A DNA stretch of 64,000 bases from Balanoglossus misakiensis (Eukaryota; Animalia; Hemichordata), in the NCBI GenBank assembly GCA_040954595.2, contig CM082581.2, positions 10,229,099 through 10,293,098 on the forward strand, written 5' to 3'. Within the stretch, counting starts at the first letter, position 1. Each line of letters opens with the position of its first letter. The notes below the pieces were generated by a model. The model was not told the origin of the DNA, made no database searches, and saw only the letters and a list, made by a program, of their open reading frames with translations. This document shows positions 51,101 through 64,000 of this stretch, one piece after another. Made by a program: the position numbers and the translations under genes.

Positions 51101-53325
51101 GGAGACCTTAATATTTTATGCAAAAGCTTGTGCATTACTGGTAGATGTGTTAGCAAGGGGCATCATGTAAACTGCAGTGATGATTTTGGGGTTGGAGTGG
51201 GTGATATCAATTCTAATCTGCTTGGCATAATTCTAGCTACTACTTCACATTTTTTTTGCATATCTGATTAAGTGTCAGAATACCTGTAGCATAGGTAGTT
51301 TTACACTTGGATGTGAACAAACAAACCTGTCGGATTGCCACTCAAGAGAACCATGATAACCTGAAGTTCTGAGATAAACCTATTTTTCTCTGCATTTCCA
51401 TATTTTGCTTGGCATTTTGGTTATTTCCCAGGAGAGGCTAGTATTGTTTTCTGAATCTTCCTCGCATTCTAAAAGTTTGCTGCATCCATCATCCACTCAT
51501 AGTTCTGTCTTGAGGGTGAATTCATAACCTATAAATTGGGATGTGAAACTCGGAGAATTGCTGCTTGACTGGTACACTGATTAAACCTAACCCATAAAGT
51601 GGCCATGTCATTGATCTACCCATACTGTCCACAAGTTTCTGCCAATGTCATTAGGGATATTAAAATGCTTATTACTCTCGCGTGTTCCGATACCGGGCCG
51701 TTCCGATACTGGGCATGAGTACTCACTCTCTACGCAAAATTCTGTCTTGTGTTGTTCTACTTTGGACGTTGAAACCACCGACAATGCTAGCCTTTTGAAC
51801 GTTTGTTTGTGTTCAGTTCATAAAATTGGCAGTTAGACGCCGATACCCGTGTAAAAAAACACTGTGTATCTAGTGAGGATTGAATGTGTGCCAAGGCATG
51901 GTAATGTGACAACCCTGCCCATTCATGATGGAATGTATAACATTGGATTATGCCTTTGTACCTTGGATTCTCGGGTATCATGAAAAGAATTTTCATCCCA
52001 TTCAATCTGGGATTTCTCACCACATTTGTGTTTGTCAGTTTTATGGTCAGCTGAGAATCATTTCAGCGTGGAATATTATCTGAAAAACCTGATTCTTGAA
52101 GTTTAACATTTCATACCTGTTGATTTTAGGGAAAGCAATAGAAACTTGCTGTAACAATTGTTATGCAAATGATGTGATACTGTATCAGAATGCGATTTAA
52201 ATAAATTCACTTGAAACAGTATGGTTTTCTTCAAGTTCATTCAGCTGAGACTTATTGGCTGAGACATTTTATGCCTGCACATTTTTAGTCAGATAAACAT
52301 AAGTTGGCATCTTGTATTGAATGGTCAGTAAGTCCACAGGTGGTGGTTGTTATGTAGTAACTTAGGGGGCCTAGTTTGTTTATTTAACTGAAGGGTTTTA
52401 TTTACTCACAATCCTGGTTACAATTCAAGATGTTGAACTACATTTTACATGGCTGTATTGTTCTGCTTCTGTTGAATTCAATACGTATCTCACAAAAATG
52501 ATAAGAAAAATCTGTTGAGTCCAAAGACTTGAGTTTGAACTGGTGTAGATTGCTAGCATGTCGTACAAACATTATTTAGGCTCAAGTTTTTAAGGTTCAG
52601 CCAGGCATGTGCCTGCTTTATTTGATTCAAGTAGCTTGTATACATTATACTGTGTGGTTTATTGATTTATAAACACTATTAAACTCTGGACAACATTCTT
52701 GGTAAATGTAACACTGCAAAGAGAATTGCTTGAAAAGGTTGCCTCCCTTGTTTTGCCTTGACCAAAGTGCAAGAAGCAATGGTTTCCATTTGAGTCATGT
52801 GACTTTAAAAAAAAAAAAAATAATGCTTTCTCTTGAACATTACAGACATCTTATGAACTCCGTAGAGACGATGTACCACATAAGGGACAGTATCTGGTAA
52901 GTTATTTCTGATACTACAAAGAACACCAGGGCAGACAGACACTACACCCGTACAAAATGAAGTGAAAACTACTTCCATATAGCTAGAGTTTCAAGAATAA
53001 TTTCTTTTTCCTTTTCTCATCGCACCAGACTGTTGGAAATTCGCGAAGTTTGGCCAATCTGTTCAAAGAGCCGGGCAAATTCCTGGGGCTAATGCCTATA
53101 GCCTCTTCTCCCTGTGACAGCAACGTAGCCTCGAGCGTCATGATCACTCCAACATCCAGTCCCACGCGCAAGAGTAGCGAAATCACCGCGGATGACGAAG
53201 ACGATGGCATTAAAGAGGATGATGAAGTAGCTCAGTATGAGGGTGGTTGTCATGACGACGAAGAGGAGGAAATCTTTCATTTGGACTCTGAAGACTTGGA
53301 TCTTGAATCAATCGAGAAACATTAA
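48105..53325 (+). CDS. FAM53: FAM53 family protein, 5 coding exons
   Basis: Exons are 48105-48179 (MITLITDKLQNQSLED), 48365-48425, 49146-49822 (PPKKRHCRS, WQPKASSVWKPV, STPPESPVPRPAS, LPRCRSQPCVL..GLKRRR..RPALDFEKMKQ), 52846-52896 and 53029-53325 (..DLDLESIEKH*). Confidence 0.92.
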
Positions 53326-56300
53326 AACTATTCGAGGGAAAACTGTAAAGGAGACTGTCACAGCTAATCTATTCTAATGGTAGCCAATTGTGAGCCCCTG
53401 CAATTGTCATGTGGTATAAACGCTCAAAAATGATAAATATGTTGGTTTTAAAAGTGTTTGAAACAAAGTTTAAAATGTTTTAACATTACTTCTCCTTTTA
53501 TCGCCCTGGATGCTTCCTGGTTCAGCACTGAGCAGTAAATCTTTTAACTATTGCATTATTAGCTTGCACTGCAAGACATTGGTGTTTGATTCTGTCTAGC
53601 AGTTACTCGAATGAACTTTAGGAGGAAGGTAAATTTTAAATAAGTAATGAAACCATCTGAGGTAATTCCCTCATTTGTGAAGTAACTAAAATTTTAAAAG
53701 AGACAGTACCGGTATTTATAGAAAATAAAGAGTTGCTTGTTGCAGTTACAGTTTATTAAAACTTAAAGTAAATTTTTAACTTTGTTAAATGGTTCTAGAA
53801 TCAGTATGTAATTATGCGAGAGAGCATTTTAAGCAAAAAGTCAACAATTCTAACTAAGGGCATCAGAATATTTTGTGGAAGTAGGCACATTTTGAATACA
53901 AGATATTTGAAGTTGACTAGCTTTATTGAGCGAAGTTCATGTGATTGAGTTAAAAAAATTGTCAAAAATTTGAGTAGAGCAATAGAGCAAGCCTAAGCGA
54001 TTGCGATAAACTTCCTTCCAAGAACTTCACTATCAGAAATCGTGTTTGGCCTGCACCCTGACCCCCTGGTGACCTATGACACCAGAATTTCTGAGAAGGG
54101 TTCAAAGGGCAAAGTAAGTTTTGTCAGTTATCCTCCTTTGGGGTTAATTTCTATATGGACATGATGTGGCATTGCTTAATGTATGTTTTTTTTGTGAGTG
54201 AATATTTTCTCATGATTTTGTACAAAAGTAAGTTTGCAAATGTAATAATTGATATTTTCTTTGTCAGTTATACCTCAATAATATTCCACATTGTCGCGAG
54301 TATGCACAATTAATTATTAGTTAGCCCAGAAGGAAAAAGTGTCAGGCTTTTTTTAATCAGAAACAACATGCAGTATTGAGTGTATCTAATTTTTAGACAA
54401 TGCACCTTACCAGGTGCAGTGCAATCTATATTCACACGATTACAGGTGCAGACATTGGGACAGGACAATGGATATTGGTCACGCACAAATGAGAAGGATG
54501 TGGTTACGATGTATGTGAGAGTGTGTTCAAATTTATTTTTGAAAAGTCTGGAAAGTATAGTTGAGATGAGTGCACTCAGAATTTGCTCGGTGCTTCAATC
54601 TATGTTGGCTGAAGTTTGTTGCTTGCTGTGCGCGCGCCATTTTGTCAGTGGTTTGAAATTGGACTGGCTGTGACGAGCAGCGTCTTAGAGTGGTGACTCT
54701 CCCAGGTCTACAAGTGTACTGAAATTCACAATCCAAGCTGACTGAAATTCACTAACCTTTGCTGTTTACAAAATGTGGAAAACTTCACACTTGATTGCCT
54801 GAAATTTAAGTTTCTTCAAATACAGTGCCTGCTTTCTAAAGTGACACATTTTCAGACAAGTTGCGGGAAGCAGTGCATTTGATGCTGTGACTTAACACAT
54901 TACAGACTGGTGTTGGTTGGTTTGTTCTTTGACAAGGTCTACAGCATGCACATGTTAGAAGGCACGAAAATGTGATACACTCCCTATAAAAGTATTGTTG
55001 AAATGTTGTAACATGACAATGGGCTATGGAGTAAATACTACCGGAATCTTATGTTCCCGGAAAAGCTTAGAAAGTCCTGGAATTTGGAAACACCAGGAAA
55101 GTCTTGGAAAAATGAAACTTGCATACCCCTTGAAACCCTCCTGATACCAAGAAGTAGCTCATGACAGCCATTTTGTGGCACTCAACAACACATAACTTTG
55201 GAAGGAGGCACTGTATTTGTGTGTGTGTGACTCTGTGAGTGTGTATATTTGCATCTGTGTATATTGTGTGATGACGTGCGAGTGTGAATACTCATTTCTG
55301 CCAATAAAGTTGTCACCGAATCACAAATTATTAGCAGATTTTTCACAATAACCACCGTAGATTTTTGTAATAATTGCAGTTTCAACAAAAGAATCCCAAG
55401 AATGTTTTAGCTTCATTAATAACATTGTACAGTTTTGTCAGAGCTATTTTATTATGTATGAAAAGTATAGACATTTTCCACAGGACTTTGTGAATTATCC
55501 CTGAAATATTTCATTAGTTTTGACATGTGGATGTATGAATGTGAATCATATCAGAATACAGGACTTTATTCCAGTGTTTTTTTGGCTATTTACAACGTGA
55601 TCTAAAGGAACTGTTATATTGCTTTTTTGAATGTCCATATTGTGCATATGTACGGCACTTTGTATAGTTGCATTCATGTGTGTGTTAGATTTTACAGTTT
55701 GTTATTTTGACTTCATATAAAGCTTTGTTAGGGTGAAATACCATACATATTGAGCAATATATACATAAGCATTGGCAAATTAGTCAAACATTACTATACA
55801 AATGCAGAAGTGGACTCTCTCTCAGCCCTTGTCTGTACATTACTTGTGGTGGTTTATAGCTGTAAATTTGGACTGGGGCACATTTGTGAATTTTTCGCCA
55901 TGTTATATCCAGTTGTTTGCAGAAGTTCTGTAGACACAAAGTTGTATAATTCCAGCACACTGAAGTTGATATTCCCATTGGTTCTGCTTTCAATGACATT
56001 GACCTTGTAGTTCATCAGATAGGTTGATTTGTTGTGTATCTTTGCATGTTGTCCATGATGCTACATAACTGATTGGGTGACTATGAACTTGGTGGGCCTA
56101 ATGAGCCAAGCTCTGCTGTGCTGGAACTATATTATAACCCGTCGCGTTTTATGAAGAAATGAATGTCAGAGAGAGTCTACTTCTGTCAGCATTTTTGCTA
56201 GGATTGCAAATTTTAGCTATGATGGCAATTTCATTACAAAAAAAAATATTTGTACAAGAGTGTTTGGACAATTTGTATATGAGAAAAATAAAATCTGATA

Positions 56301-57411
56301 ATTTTCGAGATGGTTACAAGTTAACCTGGGTAACTGTGTCTATTAGTCTTGTGACCACAATCTGTGGCCTGAGAATCATGGTGACTAAGCATGCATGCAC
56401 AAACGCCCCACATTCCTCCACCCCCACTATTAAAGTGAAAGTTCTCTGTGAGCCTTGCAATAATTAGCACATAGATTCAATCAATGTGTACCTTATATGA
56501 GATTCAAACTCTGACCTACACTGATCCATGTGGCGAGAAAGTCAATATACATCTATGTATGTATGTACTATGTATTTATGTATCAGTGTATACATGTACA
56601 TTGCGAGAATCATTCTTTTATTTTCAAATGGACTGCAAATTACTTTCTCTTTCACCTATACCATAAATTGGTATTCAAACTACTTTCTTTCCACATTATT
56701 TTTCATGCCTTGTTTACCTGCAGCTACCTAATTTCTGCCGCTAAACTGTAAATGACCCAGATAAAGTATACACACCTGACCCAGATCAACAGAAATACCA
56801 AGTCCTTATAATGGTCATTTTTCTCCCGGACTACAGCTTGTTTGTTTGACGCCCACGCCAAACTGTTAACACCCACAGCATTGGTAGATATATACATGTA
56901 TTCAGGTTTATGATATATAGTATACTCTGGTCTTGAATGAATGAATGAATGGGTCAGCTTAATGATGCAGCAAGCAGTAAATATCCTGGACAAGGTGGTC
57001 TTGTGAAAACTTGTTATGTGTTTGTAGCATTTTACCATCCATGGCCTGACCCATTTGACTTATACAAATATCTGGAGCAACAGGAAATACTTTTTGGAGC
57101 ATGTGGGGCATATAATCCTGTAGGAATAGTTTTCTGAACATGCAAGTGCTGAACATGTGCTAAATATGTATACCAAAGTTTGTAGATGTATGTGGAAGTA
57201 GCAGATGTTGAAGAAAAAAATCTTGAGAACTGTTGTTAGGCTAGATTGCCTTTGCATTTGGTTTGTAATAATACATGTACCATCTATTTTCCACAATTCC
57301 ACTTTTGCCGTTGGTGGCGCTCTTTAAACCCCAAAAGTTTGTGCCATCTTCAACTCGGCAATAGTGATGAAGCTGTTTTATCTTTGCAGCTTGATCTGTT
57401 CACGGCCACTC

Positions 57412-57512
57412 CATGCTGCAGGTCCGTAGCTCTACGACTTCCCTGTCTGTAGGTTGTTGCTTCCCCAACAACCTACAAATGGGGAAGTCATAGGGTTACA
57501 GACCCGCAGATG
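57412..57512. repeat. About 100-bp hairpin/palindrome between the convergent FAM53 and TMEM127 genes
   Basis: Arms 57417-57459 and 57466-57508 are 43 bp with 8 mismatches, all transitions. The loop is 6 nt (CTTCCC). Confidence 0.9.
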
Positions 57513-59181
57513 CGTCATGTTCAAGTCAGTCTTGACAATGTGACCTACTTAAAATTAATTAAACGAGCGAATGAATCAATAATGAGTAGTTCATGACAAG
57601 CAAGCCACCATCTTTATAATTATTAGTAAACCTTGTGACCACAGGCACTCATACACGAAGCTGCCTCAGCATGATATTGCAATCTGAGTCTTGTGTGATG
57701 CTATCCGGTTTCATAGACAGGGTTTCAATATGCACATGTGTGTCTGCAAGTGTTACCAATATAATCTATCTATGGAATCTGATCAAACTGAGTGCTGCCT
57801 GTGTTGGTGTATCACCTTTTTTTATTATAACAAATAGTAATTCGAACAAGGTAATAATTAGCAATGTCAAAACAATTAGATCTTCAGCTGATGGTGGATC
57901 CATTGGACTGAATACTGTATTTCTCCTTGTTACGTCCCAAATGGCAGACCCAAGTCCCTTTTAAGACGTTAATTCCCTGGGGTATACTTGAACTAAATTT
58001 AATAATCATGTGTAATTGATGTGTTCAGTGAGCACAGCATCGAAATAACACACAGTAGCAAGCACGTATGTTGTTAATGAAACTGATAGAACAGCCTCTG
58101 TTTATAATAAAAAAAATGTTGCACATCTGGTAACTTTGACCATGAAAAATAAATGATCAGCAAAGAAAATAAAACATAAAATCAGTGACAAATTCTCAGC
58201 ATATTCTACTCAAATATTAAACATGATCATTAAAAATACCGTACTTCCTCATTTTTCAGCCTTGGCAAATGATTTGTGCGACTTCTGAAACAAAACTGAA
58301 CACAAGTGACTGACGCAGGTCAAAATCTCTTCAAAGTGTGCATCCAACCATTTCAGCATTGTTTGACACACCTGTTTCACTGGCAAAAAGCCAATCCACA
58401 ACATACCAAAATTCTTACACAACAAACAAACTGATAGAAGCTACTGAATAATCTATTCATTAGCACATACAGAAAACATACCTGACTATAAAAAATCTCA
58501 ACATTTCTCTTTTGAACTTTGTCCTCTATCTCGCAAGAAGCACTGCTATAAACAGAAATTATTGCAACATATTTTCAATCCTAGATATAAAAAAAAATCC
58601 AGTTATATACAGCAGATTGGTTTACTTTGTTCTGTGTATGTGAAGTGGCGTATTGACACTTCAGCACGGACCTTTCAATGGGAAAGCAGCTATCTGGGTC
58701 ACAGCGAACAGGGTTATACCACCTTTCTTTTTCTCTGCCCTGATTGCAAACAGGAAGTGAAAGAATGAATTGGGTCAGACATCACTCAGAGACGGGATAT
58801 GTGTGCTGATAGCCTACCCAATGCATTTCCCAGTTCTCTTAACCCTTTCACCAACAACAATACATGGGTACTCTGTGAAAATAACAGCATAAATATGCAC
58901 ATTTAAACTAAACATTGGATCTGAATAATACAAACAACAGAAACAGAAGTCACCTTTCCAAATATATACATATAAATATTGGTAAGATATTTGTACTTTG
59001 TATATCAAACTGTTTACCAAAAATCTTCGTTACATCGCACTTTGGCCAAAAATCTTCATTACCAAAGATGGTGTCTGATTATGATGAAATGAAACTGTGG
59101 TTGTATGACACTGTACAAAATGTAATAAAGGGGGTTAGGAAATGTATTCTGGCAAGTTTGAGTTGATGGCTGTGAGAAGTT

Positions 59182-61257
59182 TTAGGGGGTGTATGCTGGC
59201 GGGGCAGGCAAGGCTTGACTGCTGGGAACACTTGGCGAAAATGTTGGTGGCATGTTGAAAATTTCGCTGTCCCAGTCATCCGACCCGCCATCTCCACTGT
59301 CATCGTACGTGGGGTATCTCCTCAACATGTTTGCCGCCACTACCACAACTGAGAGTCCCCCAGCGCCGGCAATTAGATAGAAGCCCACATCGAACTTGAC
59401 TTCTAGAGAACTGCCCGGTCCTAGTTTGTGGTTTGATATTTCCTTTTCTATCAGAACTGTGATCCAGTAACAGAACCCATTCACCGTCACACACAGCAGT
59501 ACTGGAAAAAAGAAAAAAAAATTCATACCATTTTTGAATGAGCCTTTTGTCTGTTGACCCTACCTAGTTTAGTCTTTCATGGAATGTGAAGGCCTGTGGC
59601 AGAATGATTTGTAAGAATCAGACTTGCCCACAGGGCCCATTTACATATTTGAAATTTAGCTCTACACACAATGTATAAAGCCTAGTGATGGAGGTCAGCC
59701 AGCATTTGACCCTGTAGCTCATAATTATATCATCTACCACTATTTTCAGAGATGACTCATTTGGTATGATACAGCCTTGTATGAAAAACTTTTACTTCAT
59801 TATCTCATCTTCTATTTCTCGAGAAAGACCATACATACATAGTTTGCTGAAATCCCATATTTTTTTGCCAGCCAATTTCTTCCTAATGACATCCATGTTA
59901 GAATATGTAAAATATGTACTCCGGATCGCCACATTGTTCCATTATCTAACACTCAATGGGAAGGCCACAGCTCTGACCAAACATATGGTTGTGTCACACA
60001 TTAAGTGGCAAACAGATGGCCTTGTCTTTCACAATTACCACTGAGCCTGTGTATGCATTAATGCACCATTACTATCATTTTGCCTACACCTCTAACACAA
60101 GGCAGATTCGGTGATAAAACATTTCTATGATATGAAATCTACCACGTACCTGTCAGAATATTACCAATTGCATGTCGCCTAATGATCTTCAATACTCTTT
60201 TGGTTGGACCACATGTGTCTAGTACAAAGGCAAAGAGTGAAAGTGCAATGCTTAAAAATACAAATGATATGCTGACACGCATGAGAAGAGCCGCCTGGTC
60301 TGTCACACATGCAGCTAACCCTGTAAGAAAGAGAAAAAGAAAGCAAAGTTAACAAGGCCAAAACAACACATTTCTTTAAGTATAAAACCCCACAATCTCT
60401 GTTATCATAACAGAGGTTTTGTGTATGGGAACTGATAGTAATGTTGCTACTGTCCCCAATATAACCCTGTTGGTATACCAGGAAGAACTCTCACAAATGA
60501 CTGGGCAACCTTTATTAGCTGGGCATTAGATTTACCCAGCAACTTTCCAATATGTTGAGTTAGGTTCATCAGTAACAACTTTTTCATGAAAAGTTTTTCT
60601 TTGTGATCAAATTACAATATTCAAAAGTTTGTGAAGATAACAATGACTTCTACCCTGTTGAATGCACATACAGTGTAAAAAGGCTGGATATATCCATCTT
60701 CAAGTCTCAAGGACAATTCAACTTCGACAGAATGCCTGAAAATCGCCAACTGATCCCTCAATTATAAACAAAGTAATTATCACCCAATTCACACATTCTG
60801 AAGCATGCATACAAGATGTGGTATTATACATCACAATACACAGACGTTATAATTGGTGGTCGAATTCAAGAAAACAATCGTTTGCTTACAGATACCGCAA
60901 AATGATAATCAGTAGACGGGGTAATTTGGGTGGATGTGGAACGTGATAGAAACAAATCTTACGTAATTAATACTGACGAAATGGGGTGATCGTGATGAAG
61001 ACACCCAGCAAAACACGTACGTACGTACCCGGGTCATTTTCTGCGTGGACGTCGAAAAACATGTAGGCCCCGATGTATTCATGTTGGCATGTACTGCCGT
61101 GTAAATAAAACCACCTTGGTTCCGCTAGCGCCGTAGCAAGAGTGGCTATGACGATCATCCCTAGAATGGCCGCAGCGATGTTTCTTTCTCTGTGTTTTGG
61201 TCTGATCCGCCGCGACCTCGGTAGCGAGTGTATTCGGCCATAACGTGGCAGAGGCAT
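59182..61257 (-). CDS. TMEM127: Transmembrane protein 127, 3 coding exons, 239 aa
   Basis: Exons are 61257-61029 (ERNIAAAILG..TALAEPRWFYLHGSTC), 60320-60150 (CVTDQAALLMRV..FAFVLD..GP..RRHAIGNILT) and 59501-59182 (VLLCVTVNGFCYW..FDVGFYLIAGAGG..PAPPAYTP*). They total 720 nt in frame. Confidence 0.93.
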
Positions 61258-62509
61258 GTTTACTGCTATGAGTCCGTCAAAATACGAGTCTTTCTCTTGT
61301 TGGAATGGCCGGCATTGGCTTCAGAAGAATCCGCTTAACAGCCTTGATGCCTGTTTCCTATCCCTGGATGTTGGTAATCGCTTGAAAATTCCAAAACCTT
61401 ATCAGGAAATATCAGCAGGAAGCAACAGCAGCGATCAGAGAAAGTTCGGCCATGATTACAGCTGTTGTGTACATTGCGTACACAGAAGACTGCTTCCAGG
61501 CTCGTCCACGGACACAAGATTTGTCGAGACCTTGTGTTTTGCCGTTTTATCAGTGGAAAACACTCTGAAATGAAGACAAGGGCCGTTATTCTATACAAAA
61601 GTGTAAGACTGGCCTACAAACAGCCAGCCATAAAGAGACAGAGACAGACAGACAGTTAGTCAGACAGACCGTGGGATAGTACACAATGTTATTTAGGGGG
61701 AGGGGGCTACTAGTATTTCATTTATGTAAAAAGCGCACTTCATCCCAGAAACTGAAAACATCTCAAATCATGAGCAAACTTTGTAGGGATGTCTAAAAAG
61801 GTGGCGATTAAAAGACATAATTGAGTAATCCAGCACATTCATATCAAAAGATATTTCATACCTCAGAACTTTTGGGCAGCAACTCAATGCGCGAAAACTA
61901 TAAATTGTGGTTGTGAATCTGATATCCCATTAAAAGTAGCTTGTAAGAAGAATGAAGAGTGTGCTCTGAAGTCTGAATATACTAATTATTGTGAATGAGA
62001 TCCATCCAACTGGAGACCAGTCGATAACACACATTGAAAGTATTGTCGCACGTGAAGATGCGCACGTTTCTATTATATAGGGATATTACCACTGCCGTGG
62101 ACGAGCCTATCGCACTTTATGGGTCCATGACCGGGCTCTTGTCACTTTCAGACTCAAAATTATTAATAATAGCAACTTTATCTAATCTGAGTTATGTGCG
62201 CGTAAGCTAAGGGCGTAATATGGGTATGGCAGGTCGTAAATTGACATACATTCGAAGATTGGGGGGAGGTGCCGACTGTTTCTCACGCACACACGCCTGA
62301 TAGACGAAGGAAGAAAAAATACCATTTCAGGAGGGCGTAGTTTTATATCAGCTTTTTGGTACATTTGTGCATGTGGTACTTCGTCGTAATATACCTTAAT
62401 GATTTGATTATATTGTTGTTTACATAAATACATCATAATCGAAAGCCTAAAAAGTGTCTGTTTATCCTTCAAGAATACGTTTTCTCGCCCATTTAAGGCA
62501 GTAAACGAA

Positions 62510-62570
62510 CTTTGTTTTCCCCGTGACGTCACACTAGACAACCATAAACAATCAGCAGCCATTTTGGATG
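62510..62570 (+). promoter_or_regulatory. RAB28 proximal promoter
   Basis: Full CRE TGACGTCA (62524-62531), an adjacent RFX-like half-site CTAGACAAC and YY1-like GCCATTTT, about 100-140 nt upstream of the ATG. Confidence 0.5.
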
Positions 62571-62665
62571 TGTTGAATACCTTGTGAGGCTCAAAGTCAG
62601 CCGATCAAGTCTTATAGGTGGGAGTACATCTGTATTCATTCGCGGTACATTAACTAACGGCCGAA

Positions 62666-63476
62666 ATGTCGGATTCGGAAGACGAAAATCCAGATCGCCA
62701 GTTTAAAATAGTAATTATGGGTGATGGTGCGTCAGGAAAGGTGAGAACTGTTTTTCATCTATATTTTTCAGTAGTCGTGACGCCTGGCAAAACATTGATC
62801 AACAGCTGATGGTTACCTGTCAGTACAGTGTGGGCATGGAGCTAGCTCTCTGTTGACATTGAACATCTAAGCGAGGGTGAATAATAGATACCGTTGTAAT
62901 CGAAGGTGTTGGACAGTAGGAAGATCTCCTATAATACTACCCCACGATATTATCCTAGTAATGTGAGATACTAATTTCAATGTAATTGTGCTGAATCTCA
63001 TTTCAGACATCACTTGCTATGAGATATGCACAGGAACAGTTTGGTAAACAGTACAAGCAGACGGTGGGCTTAGATTTCTTTCTTAGGAGATTGGTATTAA
63101 CAGGTGAGTTAAATATTTATTCTGAAGGCCCCCCCCCAAAAAAAAAAAAAAATTGGGTCAGTCCTTGGGCTACTGTACTTGTGATTTTCATGATGTCCTG
63201 ATATAAGGAAATGATGTGAAATACTTGAGTCCTCAAGGTTATCCTTTATGAATAGGTGTGTAACCAAAAAGCGTGAGACGATCAGAAGTGTTGGACTATT
63301 AAAGTGTCAAAGAATGTGTCCATCACACAAAATTGAAAACTACAACCCCCTTCTTTCAACTAACCTTTGATATTTTGTTCTTCACAGGGAATACACATGT
63401 AACACTACAGGTCTGGGACATAGGAGGGCAAACGCTGGGAGGAAAAATGTTAGATAAATATATATTTGGAGCACAT
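62666..63476 (+). CDS. RAB28: Ras-related protein Rab-28, first three exons; continues beyond the right edge
   Basis: Exons are 62666-62740 ([25 protein letters not shown]), 63007-63103 ([31 protein letters not shown]) and 63388-63476 ([29 protein letters not shown]). The DIGGQ G3 motif is typical of Rab28. Confidence 0.95.
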
Positions 63477-64000
63477 GTAAGTACAGGCAATGAATCATAC
63501 CTTGCTGATTTTAATCCAGTTACATCAATTTCAGCGGACATGTACATACACACGTAATTCAAATTTGCCAAACACTGAGGTGAGAAGGTGAGAGTGCACT
63601 CTCTTAAAGGTAGGATATGAGATTATCACCCGCAAGAAAGGTAGACTAACACGCCATGAAATTTTATATGGCTATGAAAGTTGGCTCATCAAGCTTGTTT
63701 GCAAGGCAAGACTTGTCAAAACAAGCTATCTTCAGCATGTGAGGGTGAACACGGTGAAATTTATTTGTGTCTGCTCCGAGCACTTCATGGCTGTGTTTGG
63801 AGAAAGATAATCCCAGTTGTCTGAGAGAACCGTTCTCCTGAGGAAAACTAAATGTACGCATTTGGTTTCCTTGGTTTCAAGTGCTGCCTGATACAGTTGT
63901 TTTGACACTATCACTTTGCAGACAGGTTTATATCCCTGATGCTTTTCATACATGCATAATGGTGACCTTCTGTTCGGAAAACAGGTAGATTGCTCTGTTT

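Overview
This window is eukaryotic (invertebrate animal-like), AT-rich genomic DNA with GT-AG introns, so most ORF-track entries are exon fragments or noise. Eight spliced genes are recognisable. They are the 5' end of an ADGRA2/3-like LRR adhesion GPCR (-, with an intron of at least 14 kb running off the left edge), CCDC186 (-), an RRM+MYND+4xTudor piRNA-pathway gene (TDRD1/Vreteno-like, +), WDR54 (+), DPCD (+), FAM53 (+), TMEM127 (-) and the 5' part of RAB28 (+). Non-coding features include a tRNA-derived SINE head, a nested MITE-in-MITE, several long palindromes and motif-rich promoters. The most interesting points are four. The Tudor gene combines Vreteno and TDRD1 architectures. It sits head-to-head with CCDC186, as I recall human TDRD1 does. 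The human orthologues of most genes here lie near NK-class homeobox genes. Several short palindromic elements occur. No prokaryote-type system (CRISPR, defence island) is present. Gene names come from recalled protein similarity, not database searches.
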